Source: an uncultured Ectothiorhodospiraceae bacterium (lineage in GTDB: Bacteria > Pseudomonadota > Gammaproteobacteria > UBA9214). Taken from it: DNA of 64,000 nucleotides. The translations under genes and the position numbers were made by a program. Location of the stretch: assembly GCA_947258515.1 (NCBI GenBank), contig CAMYIO010000002.1, forward strand, positions 686-64,685. Direction: 5' to 3'. This document shows positions 10,273 to 18,903 of the stretch, piece after piece; position 1 is the stretch's first letter, and every line of letters starts with the position of its first letter. Below the pieces are notes generated by a model that had not been told where the DNA came from, searched no databases, and saw only the letters and a list, made by a program, of their open reading frames with translations.

Positions 10273-11155
10273 ATGCGTATTTCAACGGCACACCTGTTTC
10301 AGCAGCAGGTAACCGCCATGCTGGAACAGCAGGCACAGCTTGCCAGGACAGAGCAGCAGCTTGCCAGCGGTAAACGCCTGGTATCGGCAGCGGATGACCC
10401 GGCAGCCAGCTTGCGTAATCTGCAGCTGGGTGACCGCCTGACACAAAATGAACAGTACCTGAAGAACCTCAATACCATGCAGGGACGGCTGGAACTGGAA
10501 GAGGGGGCACTGGCCTCGTCCGTGGATGTGTTGCAACGTGTCAGGGAACTGGCCATACAGGCGCGGAATGCTTCGTTGGGACCCGGGGATCTGAAAGCGA
10601 TTGAAGTGGAGGTGCGTTCCAGTCTGGAGGGCCTGCTGTCCCTCGCCAATACACAAAATGCCAACGGTGAGTTCCTGTTTGCCGGTTATCAGGTTGATAC
10701 ACAACCGTTCAGCAGTGACGGCTCCGGTGGTTTCACCTATAACGGTGATCAGGGGCAGCAACATCTGCAGGTCAGTCAAACACGCCAGATTGCGGCGGCC
10801 GATAATGGCGCGAGCATCTTTCAGGGTGTGGATGCCGCGGCAGGCGGGATAACCAGCAGTTTCGATATTCTGAATGACTTTGCTCACGGCCGATACGCTC
10901 ACTGACATTGATAGTGCAATGAACAAGATCCTCACCCTGCGTGCGGATGTCGGCTCCAGATTGCGTGCTGTTGATGATCAGCGCGCTACCAATGAATCAT
11001 TCGGGCTGGTGCTGGCGAAAGAACAGGCTGACCTGATGGATCTGGATTATACCGAGGCGATATCGCGTTTTAACCAGCAGCTGCTCGCCCTGCAGGCATC
11101 TGAACAGGTGTTTGCAAAAGTCCAGGGCCTGTCTCTGTTTGATTATCTTGGTTAA
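10273..11155 (+). pseudogene. flgL: Flagellar hook-associated protein 3 FlgL, interrupted by a frame change (10273-10905 frame 1; 10874-11155 frame 2)
   Basis: The first ORF carries the FlgL N-terminus (MRISTAHLFQQ...SGKRLVSAADDPAA). The second carries the FlgL C-terminus (LTLRADVGSRLRAVDDQ...DLDYTEAISRFNQQLLALQASEQVFAKVQGLSLFDYL). Removing one T from the TTT at 10879-10881 fuses them into ~293 aa. Confidence 0.8.
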
Positions 11156-11332
11156 TAATCCAGCCACTACCTGATGGTGGCTCGTGGCGTGTGCAGGATC
11201 GCGCTGTGAAACGCTGAATCCCCGCTGGGTGCAAGACACACCCGGTTTACCCTCACCTTAACAGCCTCTTGTCCCCACAAAATTTGTGGTAGTGCGTGGT
11301 TTGTATGTATACTACGTTTGTGGGCAGCAGTT

Positions 11333-11357
11333 AAAAAAAGGCCCCATCCCTGGGGCC
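11333..11357 (-). terminator. Rho-independent terminator (minus strand)
   Basis: On the minus strand, GGCCCC-AGGGAU-GGGGCC is followed by U7 (plus-strand A-run 11333-11339). The sequence after it on the plus strand is not T-rich, so it is minus-specific. Confidence 0.6.
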
Positions 11358-11457
11358 GGTGCGTTCCATGCGATGCTAAACCCTTCCCTGGGCATGTCTC
11401 CCGCGACGGTGGTGTTGGGAGTCCGGTCGGTAAAAGTCCATTTTCCCCTTCCGGCAG
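11333..11457 (-). ncRNA. Candidate sigma-54-dependent small RNA (~125 nt, GGA-rich); hypothetical
   Basis: Bounded by the sigma-54 promoter at 11468-11483 and the terminator at 11333-11357. It holds only a 21-codon ORF and has 8 GGA triplets, two of them in predicted hairpin loops. Confidence 0.3.
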
Positions 11458-11467
11458 GTAAATACAT

Positions 11468-11483
11468 TGCAGGACGTGTGCCA
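11468..11483 (-). promoter_or_regulatory. Sigma-54 (-24/-12) promoter candidate, minus strand
   Basis: Minus strand reads TGGCAC-ACGTC-CTGCA with canonical spacing, in an intergenic spacer. An AT-rich tract (11490-11650) lies upstream. Confidence 0.55.
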
Positions 11484-11563
11484 ATTACCGTTAGTTTATA
11501 AAATATGTAAATAAAACAATAATATACAATATTTCAGCGGGTTGCCGCACCGGTTATGTGATA

Positions 11564-11686
11564 GCGACAATATTTGCAGACCTTATACCCCAGAAATATA
11601 TAAAAAATATATTAAACAATGAGATAAAGAATATCCATGCTAATAATTCGAGTGCGACATTAGTTGCATTCGCAAAAAATGTCGCA
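11564..11686. promoter_or_regulatory. Three copies of a 15-bp motif GCGACAWTWKTTGCR (candidate enhancer-binding sites)
   Basis: The copies are 11564-11578 GCGACAATATTTGCA, 11654-11668 GCGACATTAGTTGCA, and 11671-11685 inverted (GCGACATTTTTTGCG on the minus strand). The last two form a 34-bp palindrome, 11653-11686. Confidence 0.35.
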
Positions 11687-11790
11687 GGCTAAATCGATAG
11701 GATAGCCTCTGCCATGGGGGGAGGGTCAGGGCGTGGTTGAATGCATCGCCCGGGTGGCTTTCAGGCAATGCAGGTGCGGGGTCAAAATGA

Positions 11791-13215
11791 CTAGCCGGCC
11801 TTCCTGCGGCGCACGATACGTTTGTTTAATGCCTGACGTGACATACCCAGAATGGCGGCGGCGGTGCCCTGATTGCCGTTGGCGCGTTGCAGTGCGGCAT
11901 CAATCAGGAAGTCTTCAGCCTCCTTGAGTGTCGGCAGCCGGTCGGGGAACAGGGTGTCGATGTGGGTTGCGCCGCCCCGATCATGCCCCGGGTCGGTCAT
12001 GTCGGCGTCATCAGCGCCTAGCAGTTCACGAAAGCTCTGCAGTGGCAGCACGCCTTTTTCATTGCGCGCGACGGCATCATATATAACGGCCTTGAATTCA
12101 CGTACATTGCCTGGCCAGTGGTAGCTCTGCAGCAATGCCGTCAGTTCACCCGGGACTGAAGGGGCCGGTTTGCCCAGCGACATGGCCGTGTCGTTGATGA
12201 AATTCTCGATGAGCAGGGGGATATCATCATGGCGTTCACGCAGTGGTGGCAGTTCAACCCGGTGTGCGCGCAAGCGGTAATATAAATCCTTGCGGAAGGT
12301 ACCATCCTTGACCAGCTGTTCAACATCGCGGTGGGTGGCAACCACGAACCGGGCGTCACTCTGGTGTGGTTTGTCCGAGCCGACCGGATAGTAGGTGTTT
12401 TCCTGAAAAAGCCGCAACAGCTTGATTTGCGAGGCGGCGCTCAAATCACCGATTTCATCGAGAAACAGGGTGCCGCCTTTTGCGCGCGCCACCAGTCCCT
12501 CGCGATCCTGAATGGCATTGGTGTAGGCGCCCCGCGTGTGTCCGAACAGGCTGTCGGAAAACAGGGTGTCATCGAGCCCTGCTGAATCGATAACAACAAA
12601 TTCCCCGGTGCGGCCCGACAACTGGTGAATTGCGCGGGCGATCAGTTCCTTGCCGGTTCCTGTTTCCCCGGTGATCAACGTCGGTTGCGTGGATCCGGCA
12701 ATGGCGACCAGGTAACGGAAGATGGCAAGCATTGCCGCATCACAGGTGACAATGTCCACAAATGCTTCCTTGTTGCGTACATCGCGTTCAAAGATGCTTT
12801 CTCTGAGCGTCAGTACCTCGTTGCGCAGGGCGCTCATTTCCATGGCGCGCTTGACCGATGAGAGTAGCTGGTCCTCGTCGACCGGTTTCACCAGATAGTC
12901 AAAGGCCCCGATGCGCACACACTTGACGGCAGTATCCAGGTCATTGGTGGCGGTAATGATGATGATCGGAATATCGGGGTATTCGGTGGTGATGTTGTCC
13001 AGCAATTCTTCGCCCGAGATATGCGGCATGGACAGGTCCAGCAGGATCGCGGCAACGGATTGCCTGGCTAGCAGCGGGATCACCTTGCGGCTGTCGTCAA
13101 CCGCCAGCACCGGGTCAATACCGGACGAGCGCAGCAGCATGTCTATGCTGCGCAAGACCTGGGGCTCATCGTCTACGATCAGAACAGGGAGTGTTGTTGA
13201 TACAGTGTCGATCAT
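11791..13215 (-). CDS. NtrC-family response regulator / sigma-54 enhancer-binding protein (REC + AAA+ + Fis-type HTH)
   Basis: REC (LIVDDEP...LLDLSMP...DYLVKP), Walker A GETGTGKE, Walker B LFLDEIGDL and a C-terminal HTH (GNQGTAAAILGMSRQALNKRI). The sigma-54 contact loop reads GAYTNA rather than GAFTGA. Confidence 0.9.
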   Translation of the reverse strand: MIDTVSTTLPVLIVDDEPQVLRSIDMLLRSSGIDPVLAVDDSRKVIPLLARQSVAAILLDLSMPHISGEELLDNITTEYPDIPIIIITATNDLDTAVKCVRIGAFDYLVKPVDEDQLLSSVKRAMEMSALRNEVLTLRESIFERDVRNKEAFVDIVTCDAAMLAIFRYLVAIAGSTQPTLITGETGTGKELIARAIHQLSGRTGEFVVIDSAGLDDTLFSDSLFGHTRGAYTNAIQDREGLVARAKGGTLFLDEIGDLSAASQIKLLRLFQENTYYPVGSDKPHQSDARFVVATHRDVEQLVKDGTFRKDLYYRLRAHRVELPPLRERHDDIPLLIENFINDTAMSLGKPAPSVPGELTALLQSYHWPGNVREFKAVIYDAVARNEKGVLPLQSFRELLGADDADMTDPGHDRGGATHIDTLFPDRLPTLKEAEDFLIDAALQRANGNQGTAAAILGMSRQALNKRIVRRRKAG

Positions 13216-13671
13216 TCTGATTAGCCTGTTTCCGGTTTGTGGCGGGTCGGTTTGCTGCCTGGCCGTGCTGCGTGGTCACTACCTGGAGTGATTCCCCGGC
13301 CAGCGGTGTGTCGGGATACTCTCTTATTGCATAGTGGCAGGAGCCGTTATTCTGCATACTTGCAGCAATGGTTGGATGCCCGGAAGATCCGTTGCTCCGG
13401 TTTCGCCATCCATTATGGCCAATCGGACAAGAATACTTTCTTGGAAGGGATTATTCCAGATATACGATAGACCGGGTTTTGTGTAGGCTTGTCGGTAATT
13501 TCGGGTGATCCCGTCTTACGCAGGGCTGTCCGTTGACTGATCAGGGTCGGGCGGATTCAGGTTGCGGGGTTTGCACGAAAATCGGGCTGAGGGGAGGGGC
13601 ACTGATAAAGTATATCCCCCGGGCTGAAGTACAGTACTTATCGCACAATCAAGTAATAACAAGGGTCGAAG

Positions 13672-14595
13672 ATGGGTGTCAGTCGTAAATTCTGGATGCG
13701 GCACTATTATTGCGGCGTCATTTTCCCAGCATTGCTTGCTGTCTTGTTTTCTTCGGTGCATGCGCACGAATCCAACGGGTACCAACCGGAACGCAAGCCA
13801 CTGCTGGTGGATAGCAGCTGGTTACAGGCGCGGCTACATACACCGGGTGTGGTGATCGTCGACACGCGCCAGCCCGGTGAATACGTGCGCGGACACATAG
13901 CCGGTGCCATCAGCCTGCCTTCAGATGAAACCTTTCATACCCGCCTGGGAGAAAGGGTCGCTACCCAGTCCAGAATTGAATACCTGCTGGGTCGTCGCGG
14001 CATTCGTCGTGATGATCACGTCATTCTTTATGGCTATGATAGCTACCGGGATGCCGCCCGGGTACTCTGGATCCTGGCGCTGTATGGCCACAGCAGCGCC
14101 GCGTTGTTGAACGGCGGATACACTGCCTGGAAAAACGCGGGCCTGCCCATAGACACCCGCATTCCGTTACGGAAACCTGTCAGCTACCGCGCGATTGTCC
14201 GTCACGGTCTCATGTCAACCCGCTTTCATGTATTACTGGCCCTTGAAAATCCGGCGATAGCTATTGTCGATACGCGTGATGCAATTGAGTACCAGGGATT
14301 CGACTCAGTGTCTGATCGCCCGGGCCATATACCGACAGCCTTCAATATCCCTTCAGAACTTAATCTCGAAGTGCGGCAAGGGATACCTTACATAAAGTCG
14401 AGACCGGCACTGCAAGAACTGTACAGGGATCTGGCTGATTACAGCGTGGTTGTCCTGTACTGCAACAGCGGCTGCGAATCATCTACTTCCTACCTGGCAC
14501 TTCGACTCCTCGGCAAGCAGGTCAGTATCTATGATGGTGGCTGGAAGGAATGGAGCAGCGATCCGCGGCTGCCTGTCGAAGTTGTATTGCAATGA
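13672..14595 (+). CDS. Exported tandem-rhodanese sulfurtransferase-like protein
   Basis: Signal peptide (..ALLAVLFSSVHAHE) and two rhodanese-like halves. Only the second has an active-site Cys loop (VVLYCNSGCESS). Its stop overlaps the next gene's ATG (ATGA at 14592-14595). Confidence 0.85.
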   Translation: MGVSRKFWMRHYYCGVIFPALLAVLFSSVHAHESNGYQPERKPLLVDSSWLQARLHTPGVVIVDTRQPGEYVRGHIAGAISLPSDETFHTRLGERVATQSRIEYLLGRRGIRRDDHVILYGYDSYRDAARVLWILALYGHSSAALLNGGYTAWKNAGLPIDTRIPLRKPVSYRAIVRHGLMSTRFHVLLALENPAIAIVDTRDAIEYQGFDSVSDRPGHIPTAFNIPSELNLEVRQGIPYIKSRPALQELYRDLADYSVVVLYCNSGCESSTSYLALRLLGKQVSIYDGGWKEWSSDPRLPVEVVLQ

Positions 14596-16445
14596 ATGAT
14601 GCGGTGCCCGGGATAACTGCAAGACAGGGAATAAACAGTTGGCGCTTTTCACCCGGGATTCGAACGCGCCTTGTCATGGCCATCTTGCTGGTTACGCTGA
14701 CTGTTTCACTGATCGGCCTGCTCATAAACACACAACGCGATTTGGCGCGAATTCGACAGTCGACCGTTGAAACGCTGTTGCAGCGACTGTCTTCCATGAA
14801 GGTGGATTTCGTGAAGGTTATTACCGATCATTCACCGGAGCATGCGGTCGAGCTTGTCGACGAGCTGAATATATACAAGGATATTCATCACATAATACTG
14901 CGCGATAATAACGAGAATGTTGTGTTTCGCTATAACTTTCATGAATCCGAAATCTATGAAATCCCTGATTTTATAAGGCCTGACGAAACATCCGCCATTA
15001 TCTATGGTGATGACAATCTCCTGATGCATCACATGGTGATGTATGGCGGCAAGCGTTATGGCTGGGTCTCCATCTGGGTCGATGCCATCAATATCAATGC
15101 GCAATACAGGGCGTATGCCCTGACAGCGATTCTGTTGATGGTTGGTGCGTTCTTGATCACACTCGTTCTTGCTCTTCTGGCCGGGCATTACTTCAGCCGT
15201 CCTGTTCGTAACCTGGTTGATTTTGTCCGGGTTGTCGGCCATGAGCACGATTTCACACGCCGCCTTGCGGCTGGCCAGAGTGGAGAAATCGGTGAATTGT
15301 ATGATGGTATAAATGCCATGCTTGATGAAATTGCCGTTGCTGAGAATGAAATACTCCGGCTCAATGAGTCACGGCTGCATAATATTATCGAGTCGGCCAT
15401 CGATGGCGTGATTTCTGCCAATAGTGAGGGTGTCATCACCTACTGGAGTCGACATGCGGAAAAAATCTTTGGCTGGAGCAGCGCGGAAGCGCTGGGGCAC
15501 AGCATTGCAGAGACCATAGTGCCCGAGCGCTTGCGGCAGCATTACAAGAATGGCATGCGGCGACTTATAGAATCCAGCGAGGAAATGGTGGTGAATCGGC
15601 GCATGTCCGTGGAAGCGCAGCATCGAGACGGCCATGAATTGCCGGCAGAAATATCGCTATCGGCAATCAGGGAGAATGATGGCTGGATATTCAATGCCTT
15701 TGTGCGAGACCTGAGTGATCAAAAAATTGCCGAGCAGGAGAAGCGTGACATGCAGGCACTGTTACTGCGCAAAGAACGGCTGGCGACGGTCGGGCAGCTG
15801 ACGGCCACGGTGGCTCACGAGTTACGTAATCCGATGGGGACAATACAGAACAGCCTTTATCTGCTGACCCAAAAGCTCGCAGATGTAGACCTTGGCACGG
15901 TCAACCTGGTTAATCGAATTAATCGCAATATAAGACGTTGCGATGCAATTATTACCGAGTTGCTCGACTTTACCCGTGACCGCGAGATTTTACTGGTTCC
16001 GACGCTGATCGATAACTGGCTGGCGAGGCTGCTGGATGGCTATGACTTACCCGAGGGTATCGAACTGGTCCGTAAACTTGTCTCGGCTGCCAGGGTGCCG
16101 CTCGATGTTGCCTATTTTGAATCTGCAGTCGTCAACGTGCTGACTAATGCCGTGCAGGCCGCAATGGAGAAGCACCCGGAAGGCGGTGGCCGGGTCGAGG
16201 TTCGCACGTTGCTTGAAAAGGACCGGGTCGGCGTGGTGATCAGCGATAACGGGCCGGGGATTGCCGCTGCGGACAACCAGCGTGTCTTCGAGCCCTTGTA
16301 TTCCACCAGGGTATACGGGGTCGGACTGGGATTGCCGACAGTCAAAAAGGTCATGGAAAAGCACACTGGCGAGGTGTCTCTGGAAAGCGCTCCTGAAGGC
16401 GGGGCGCGTGTCATCCTGTGGTTGTATATGAATAAATCTTCGTGA
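14592..16445 (+). CDS. Sensor histidine kinase (2 TM with periplasmic domain, HAMP, PAS, HisKA, HATPase)
   Basis: Two hydrophobic segments flank a ~150-aa domain, followed by a HAMP-like linker and a PAS domain (IIESAIDGVISANSEGVITYWS). H-box is TVAHELRNPMG; N/G boxes are NAVQA / DNGPGI / GVGLGL. Start is set at ATG 14592 (ATGA coupling) rather than the track's 14550. Confidence 0.85.
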   Translation: MNDAVPGITARQGINSWRFSPGIRTRLVMAILLVTLTVSLIGLLINTQRDLARIRQSTVETLLQRLSSMKVDFVKVITDHSPEHAVELVDELNIYKDIHHIILRDNNENVVFRYNFHESEIYEIPDFIRPDETSAIIYGDDNLLMHHMVMYGGKRYGWVSIWVDAININAQYRAYALTAILLMVGAFLITLVLALLAGHYFSRPVRNLVDFVRVVGHEHDFTRRLAAGQSGEIGELYDGINAMLDEIAVAENEILRLNESRLHNIIESAIDGVISANSEGVITYWSRHAEKIFGWSSAEALGHSIAETIVPERLRQHYKNGMRRLIESSEEMVVNRRMSVEAQHRDGHELPAEISLSAIRENDGWIFNAFVRDLSDQKIAEQEKRDMQALLLRKERLATVGQLTATVAHELRNPMGTIQNSLYLLTQKLADVDLGTVNLVNRINRNIRRCDAIITELLDFTRDREILLVPTLIDNWLARLLDGYDLPEGIELVRKLVSAARVPLDVAYFESAVVNVLTNAVQAAMEKHPEGGGRVEVRTLLEKDRVGVVISDNGPGIAAADNQRVFEPLYSTRVYGVGLGLPTVKKVMEKHTGEVSLESAPEGGARVILWLYMNKSS

Positions 16446-16538
16446 TGTGAATATTCACTTTAATTGGTTGCTTTTGTAAGTATAGTTGCAGTTGTTCAGG
16501 ATGCGGGTTTGTATGTCTGAGTGTAAATAGGGGATCTA

Positions 16539-18671
16539 ATGCAAAAGTCGATCAGACTACCCGCCACCAGGTTGAGCCAGCGGGTCCTGGTTGTTGACGA
16601 TGACCCCGACTATGCAAGCAGCCAGGGTGAGTTAATCAGATCTCGTGGCTATGCGGTCCTGACGGTTACCTCGGCACAGGCAGCGCACCAGGCGCTGGGC
16701 ACTTTTTTACCCGAGGTGATATTGATTGACGTTCGCCTCGGTAAGGTCGATGGCGTCGACTTGCTGGCTGAATTGCTGGTACACGAATCATCACCCACCT
16801 GTATCATGATGACCGGTTACGCAAGCATGGAATCTGCCGTCGATGCGCTCAAGGCAGGTGCCTATGACTACCTCACCAAGCCGATCGCCCCTGAAGATTT
16901 ATTCAGTACGCTCGACCGCTGTTTTGAACGCATCAGGCTGGAGGACGAACGTGTACAGGCCCTGACTAAACTCGATAGTCGTAATCGTGAGCTTGAGTAT
17001 GCCAACAAGCGCCTGCAGCGGGTGGTGGAATGCATGGGCGAGCTTAGCCGCAGTCAATCGATGGCCGACCTTTGTCATAAACTGCTGGACAAGGTCGCCT
17101 ACAACATGGGTGCGGAAGGCGGTTCCGTGTACCTGCGCAAGGATGATCAGCTGTTGCTGGTGCATTCACTGGATCCGGGACATGCGCCACCTGTTATTCC
17201 GATGCCACTCAATGCCAACAGCATCCTGGGTCGGGTAATGGAACAGGCAGAGGCGGTACTGGTAGCCGATGCAGCAAGCAGCGATGGACTGATGTTGAGC
17301 GGCTGGTCCGGTTACCGGGACGAGTCACTGCTGGCTTTACCGCTTACCGGTGAGAAGAATAAAATCATCGGGGTGCTCTCGCTACACACCAAGCAGCGGC
17401 CACCTTTTACCCCGCAGGACCGTGATGTGGGGCGGATCTTGCTGGCAGCCAGCAGCGAAACCCTGCGAGCCGTGAAGGCGCTTGAGGATCTGCAGCAGTC
17501 ACAGGCCATGCTGCAGATGATCATGGATTCTAATCCCGACTGCATCAGGGTGCTCGACAAGGACTGCAAGCTGGTGCAAATAAACCCGGCTGGCCTGGAC
17601 TATATCGAGATCGACTCCATCGATCAGGTTGACAATGCCAGCTGCGCTCATGACGTTATTGATCCACCTTACCGCGATGCCTACCAGCGCATTATTGATG
17701 GTGCCTACGAGGGGGAGCCCGGCAGTATCGAGTGCAGCATCACAGGGCTGCGCGGTACCCGTCGCTGGGTCGAGATCAACGCCGTCGCGCTGCGTGATCC
17801 CATGCAGAATATTATGGGTTGTTTGAGTATCTCGCGGGATATCACTGAAGACAAGCGCCTGCTGGAAAAGAACCGTCAGCAGGAACTGCAGCTCATCGAA
17901 ATCAACAAGATGTCGGCCCTCGGCACACTGGTGGCCGGTGTCGCTCATGAGATCAACAACCCGAACCAGACGATCCAGATCAATTCAAGACTGCTTGGCA
18001 AGGTATGGCAGGATACGCACAAGATCCTGGATGAATATGTCAGTATGCATGGAGCAATCAAGCTGGGCGGTTTGCACTACAGCGGCGCGCAGGGTGCGCA
18101 TACAGATCTGATCAATGATATACGAATCGGTGCAGACCAGATCAGGACGGTTGTGGGCAGGCTGAAGACCTTTGCGCGCCCCTACAACGGGATACACGGC
18201 GGTGTTGAACGTGCGCGAATACAGTTGAATGAGGCGGTACAGTCAGCCGTGGCATTGCTCAGGCATGCCATCCGGTCAGGCACGGATAATTTCAGTGTCA
18301 TTCTGGAGGACGCATTGCCTGCGGTTCAGGGCAACCGCCAGCAGCTACAGCAAATAGTCATCAATCTGGTTATGAATGCGCTGGATGCGTTGCCTGACAG
18401 ATCGCGTGGTATCCGCATTGAAACCTGGCTGAATGCAACACAATCCACCGTGGAACTGAGCATTACAGATGAAGGCGTTGGCATGGAAACCGGTGAAATG
18501 AAGCAGATAATGGAGCCTTTCTATACCACCAAGCGTGATCAGGGAGGGACCGGCCTCGGCCTGTCAATCACGCACAGCCTGTTGCAGGAGCAGGGCGGTA
18601 CGATTCATTTTGAATCCGAGCCGGGTAAGGGCACGCGTGTGGTTATCAGTCTGCCTGTTGCAAAACACTAG
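16539..18671 (+). CDS. Hybrid signalling protein: REC + GAF + PAS + HisKA + HATPase
   Basis: N-terminal receiver (VLVVDDDPD...ILIDVRLG...YDYLTKP), a GAF-like segment, and PAS (MLQMIMDSNPDCIRVLD). H-box is GVAHEINNPNQ. The ATPase carries NLVMNALDA / DEGVGM / GTGLGLS. Confidence 0.85.
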   Translation: MQKSIRLPATRLSQRVLVVDDDPDYASSQGELIRSRGYAVLTVTSAQAAHQALGTFLPEVILIDVRLGKVDGVDLLAELLVHESSPTCIMMTGYASMESAVDALKAGAYDYLTKPIAPEDLFSTLDRCFERIRLEDERVQALTKLDSRNRELEYANKRLQRVVECMGELSRSQSMADLCHKLLDKVAYNMGAEGGSVYLRKDDQLLLVHSLDPGHAPPVIPMPLNANSILGRVMEQAEAVLVADAASSDGLMLSGWSGYRDESLLALPLTGEKNKIIGVLSLHTKQRPPFTPQDRDVGRILLAASSETLRAVKALEDLQQSQAMLQMIMDSNPDCIRVLDKDCKLVQINPAGLDYIEIDSIDQVDNASCAHDVIDPPYRDAYQRIIDGAYEGEPGSIECSITGLRGTRRWVEINAVALRDPMQNIMGCLSISRDITEDKRLLEKNRQQELQLIEINKMSALGTLVAGVAHEINNPNQTIQINSRLLGKVWQDTHKILDEYVSMHGAIKLGGLHYSGAQGAHTDLINDIRIGADQIRTVVGRLKTFARPYNGIHGGVERARIQLNEAVQSAVALLRHAIRSGTDNFSVILEDALPAVQGNRQQLQQIVINLVMNALDALPDRSRGIRIETWLNATQSTVELSITDEGVGMETGEMKQIMEPFYTTKRDQGGTGLGLSITHSLLQEQGGTIHFESEPGKGTRVVISLPVAKH

Positions 18672-18903
18672 CCCGTTGATGATCTGGTGCGGTATCGAGA
18701 GACCTGCAGAGACCTGTTGCCGGCGCACTCTCGGCGCGATGCGCGGCCGCGGGTGCGAGTGGCGAGGTTGCTTTCGACCTCTATACCACCGGGATTCCGC
18801 GGCCACGATGACAGGACACGCCCTGACGTCGTCTCAAGTTCTCCATGACCAAGACGATAGCAGAGTACATGGATGCAAGTCTGGCAGAAGGGATATCGCG
18901 CGC

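Noticed and set aside
11167-11484. 105-aa minus-strand ORF in the flgL/EBP spacer.
   Set aside because: It reads straight through the GGCCCC/GGGGCC-U7 terminator hairpin, starts inside the sigma-54 promoter, and has an implausible Pro/Gly/His-rich sequence.
18535-18903. N-terminal extension of the channel ORF as given in the track (start 18535).
   Set aside because: It overlaps the last 137 nt of the hybrid kinase gene, and the encoded segment is Arg/Cys-rich and not protein-like. Downstream ATGs (18808/18904) are more plausible.
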